Under the pieces are notes generated by a model that ran no database searches, was not told the origin of the DNA, and saw only the letters and a program-made list of their open reading frames with translations. This document shows, piece after piece, positions 60,594 through 64,000 of a stretch of 64,000 bases of DNA (position 1 is its first letter; every line of letters starts with the position of its first letter). Origin of the DNA: the human T2T-CHM13v2.0 reference genome, Homo sapiens. The DNA is taken from assembly GCF_009914755.1 (NCBI RefSeq), contig NC_060927.1, one strand, 5' to 3'. The translations under genes and the position numbers were made by a program.

Positions 60594-60900
60594 CAGTGCT
60601 TCTCAACTGGGAATAATTTTGCCTGGATTTTATCACTGTCGGGATTCTGCTCCAGCTTCTCCTTTCTTCCTCTTCTCTTCCTTCACTTTGACAATATCAT
60701 CCACCAACCCACTAGATGGGTGGCTTCTGTGAGCTCTCCACTCTGGGTATTCTCAAGCTATATCTGAAGACAATTTTTATTGTCATAATAAGGGGCTGCT
60801 GCTGTTGGCATCTCATGCGTAGAGCCCAGGGAAGGGACGCTGCTAATTTTATCATGCTCCACAACAAAGCATTACTGAGTCTCAAATGTCAATAGTACTA
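60594..60900. mobile_element. MER20 hAT fossil containing a ~135-bp foreign insertion (60624-60758)
   Basis: cagtgcttctcaactgggaataattttgcc [insert] tctgaagacaattttt..gctgttggcatct..gtagagcccaggga..caaatgtcaatagt. Confidence 0.8.
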
Positions 60901-61074
60901 CTCTAACTGTAGATGAGATAATGAGAGGAAACATTTAGTCATTCTCTGTACACTTTCTTTATAATGATTTTATGTGACTATTAGTGTCTGTCTCTGTGCA
61001 TAGTTGCTTCAGCACCCTCTTATAATTCCTACCTAGAAGTTAAGGCTTTGGATCTATTCTTAGTATTTGATTTT

Positions 61075-61452
61075 TTAAAAAAAATTATTTAACTTTTATT
61101 TTCAGTTCAGGGGTACATGTGCAGGTGTGTTATATAGGTAAACTTGTGTTATAGGGATTTGTTGTACAAATTATTTCATCACCCTGATATTAAGCCTAGT
61201 ACTTGTTAGTTATTCGTCCCGATCTTCTTTGTCTTTTCACCCTCCACCATCTGATGGGCCCTGATGTGTGTTGTTTCCCTCTATGTGTCCATGTGTTCTC
61301 ATCATTTAGCTCCCACTCATAAGTGAGAACATGTGGTGTTTGGTTTTCTGTTCCTGTGTTAGTTTGCTAAGGATAATAGCCTCCAACTCCATCCATGTTC
61401 CTGCAGTGGACAGGACCTCATTGAGAATGAATGCATAGTATTCCATAGTGTA
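61075..61452 (-). mobile_element. L1PA (about 13-16) 3' end; continues at 63904-64000 after the THE1 insertion
   Basis: ttcaggggtacatgtgcagg..ttagctcccactcataagtgagaacatg..gcatagtattccatagtgta | gtgtatatgtaccacatttt. Confidence 0.92.
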
Positions 61453-63903
61453 TGATATAATTTGGCTGTGTGTCCCCACCAAAATCTCACCTTAAATTGT
61501 AATAACACCCATGTGTCAAACGTGGGACCAAGTGGAGGTAATTGAATTAGGGGGTGGATCCCCCTTGCTGTTCTCATAACAATGAGTGAGTTTCATATGA
61601 TCTAATGGTTTTATAAGCATCTGGCATTTCCCCTGCTTGCACTTCTCCTTCCTGCCACTTTGTGAAGAAGATGCCTTGCTTCCCCTTCTACCATGATGGT
61701 AAATTTCCTGAGGCCTATGCTGAACTGTGAGTCAACTATACCTCTTTCCTTTAAAAATTATGCAGTCTTAGGTATGTCTTTATTAGCAGCGTGAGAATGG
61801 TGAACTATGAGTCGATTACACCCATGCTGAACTATGAGTCAATTACACCTCTTTCCTTTAAAAATTACGCAGTTTCAGGTATGTCTTTATTAGCAGTGTG
61901 AGAGTGGACTAATGCAGTAAATTGGTACCGAGGTGGGGGGAGGTGCTGCTATAAAGATACCTGAAAATGTGGAAGTGACTTTAGAACTAGTTAACAGGTA
62001 GAGGTTGGAAGAGTTTGGAGGGCTAGAAGAAGATAGGAAGATATGGGAAAGTTTGGAACTTTCTAGGGATTTATTGAATAGCTTTGACTAAAATGCTGAG
62101 AGTGATATGGACAGTGAAGTCCAGGCTGAGGTGGTCTTAGATGGAGATGAGGAACTTACTGGGAATTGGAATAAGGGTGACTCTTGCTATGCTTTAGCAA
62201 AGAGACTGATTACATTTTGCCTCTGCCCTAGAGATCTGTGGAACTTTGAACTTGAAAGAGATGATTTAGAGTTCCTGGCCAAAGAAATTTCTAAGCAGCA
62301 AAGCATTCAAGAGGTGACTTGGATGTTCTTAAAAGCATTCAGTTTTATGCATCCACAAAGAGATGGTTTGGAATTGGAACTTATGTTTAAAAGGGAAGCA
62401 AAGCATAAAAGTTTGGAAAATTTGCAGCCTGGACAATGCAATAGAAAAAGAAAAACCCATTTTCTAAGGAGAAATTCAAGCAGCTCCAGAAACTTGCATA
62501 AGTAACGAGGAGCCAAATGTCAATAGCCAAGATAATGGGGAAATGTCTCCAGGGCATGTCAGAGGTCTTCATGGCAGGCCCTCTCATCACAGGCCCAGAG
62601 ACCTAGGAGGAAAAAATGGTTTTATGGACCAGGCCCAGGGCCTTGCCGCCTTGTGCTGTCTTGGGACTTGGTGCCCTGCATGCTAGCCATGGCTAAAAGG
62701 GACCAACATACAGCTCAGGCCATTGCTTCAGAGGATGCAAGCCCTAAGACTTGGTAGCTTACATGTAGTGTTGGGCCTGCAGATGCACAGAAGTCAGGAA
62801 TTGAGGTTTGGGAACCTCTGTCTAGATTTTAGAGGATGTATGGAAATGCCTGGCTATCCAGGCAGATGTTTGCTGCAGGAGTGGGACCCTCATGGAGATC
62901 CTCTGCTAGGACAGTGTGGAGGGGAAGTGTGGGGTTGGAGCCCCCATTCAGAGCACCCACTGGGGCACTGCCTAGTGGAGCTGTGAGAAGAGGGCCACTG
63001 TCCTCTAGTCCCCAGAATGGTAGATCCACCAACAGTTTGCATCATGTGCCTGGAAAAGCTCTAGTCACTCAATGCCAGCCCATGAAAGCAGCTGGGAGAG
63101 AGGCTGTACCTGCAAAGCCACAGGGGTAGATCTGCCCAAGGCCATGGGAGCCCACTCCTTGCATCACCATGACCTGGATGTGAAACATGGAGTCAAAGGA
63201 GATCATTTTTGAACTTTAAGTTTTAATGATTGTCCTATTGGATTTAAAACTTGCATTGGGCCTGTAGCCTCTTTGTTTTGGCCAATTTCTCCCATTTGGA
63301 ATGGGTGTATTTACCCAATGTCTGCACCCTCATTGTATCTAGGAAGTAACTAACTTGCTTTTGATTTTACAGGTTCATAGGCAGAAGGGACTTGCCTTGT
63401 CTCAGATGAGACTTTGGACTTGGACTTTTGGGTTAATTCTGAAATGAGTTAAGTCTTTGGGGGACTGTTGGAAGGGCATGATTGTGTTTTGAAATGTGAG
63501 GACATGAGATGTGGGAGGAGACAGGGGTAGAATGATATGGTTTGGCTCTGGGTCCCCACCCAAATCTCACCTTGAAATGTAATAATCCTCACATGTCAAA
63601 GGCAGAATGAGGTGGAGGTAACTGAATCATGGAGATGGTTTCCCCCATGCTGTTCTCATGATAATGAGTGAGTCTCATGAGATCTGATGGTATGATAAAC
63701 ATCTGCATTTCTCCTTCTTGCACTTCTCCTTCCTGCCACTTTGTAAAGAAGGTGCCTTGCTTCCCCTTTGCCTTCCACCATGATGGTAAATTTCCTGATG
63801 TCTCCTGAGCCATGCTGAACTGTGAGCCAATTAAACCTCTTTGCTTTATAAATTACTCAGTCTCAGGTATGTATTTATAAGTAGCATAGAATGGACTAAT
63901 ACA
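61453..63903 (+). mobile_element. Full-length THE1 (D-like) MaLR: 5' LTR 61453-61916, internal 61917-63532, 3' LTR 63533-63903
   Basis: Two LTRs with TG..CA ends; perfect 5-bp TSD gtgta 61448-61452 / 63904-63908; internal starts gtaaattggtac; ORF 62107-62505 is a remnant of the MaLR internal ORF. Confidence 0.95.
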
Positions 63904-64000
63904 GTGTATATGTACCACATTTTTTCACCCAGTCTTCCATTGATGGGCAGTTAGGTTGATTCCAAGTTTTTGCTATTGTAAATAGTGCTGCAATGAACAT

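Noticed and set aside
62107-63129. ORFs in the THE1 internal region (and 44798-45547 in MST internal) as genes
   Set aside because: They are frameshifted remnants of the MaLR internal ORF

Overview
Primate (human-like, probably catarrhine) AT-rich, repeat-dense intergenic or deep-intronic DNA. I see no protein-coding gene, RNA gene, CpG island or CRISPR array. The longer ORFs in the track come from L1, Alu, MaLR or microsatellite sequence, or look like chance ORFs. Much of the window is transposon fossils: about 20 Alu/FAM/FRAM, several L1s (L1PA to old L1M), MaLR/ERVL/ERV1 LTRs including a full-length THE1, MIR, L2 and hAT DNA transposons. Subfamily calls are by eye from remembered consensus features. 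I found no convincing new biological system. The best observations are: (1) an L1PA with a 5' inversion that also carries a ~600-bp 3' transduction inside one TSD pair; (2) a templated insertion with a fold-back junction inside an AluSc, copied from 1.8 kb downstream; (3) a second, older local copy inserted in a MER20; (4) a very degraded LINE endonuclease fossil with non-primate-L1-type motifs; (5) several smaller template-switch and duplication scars.
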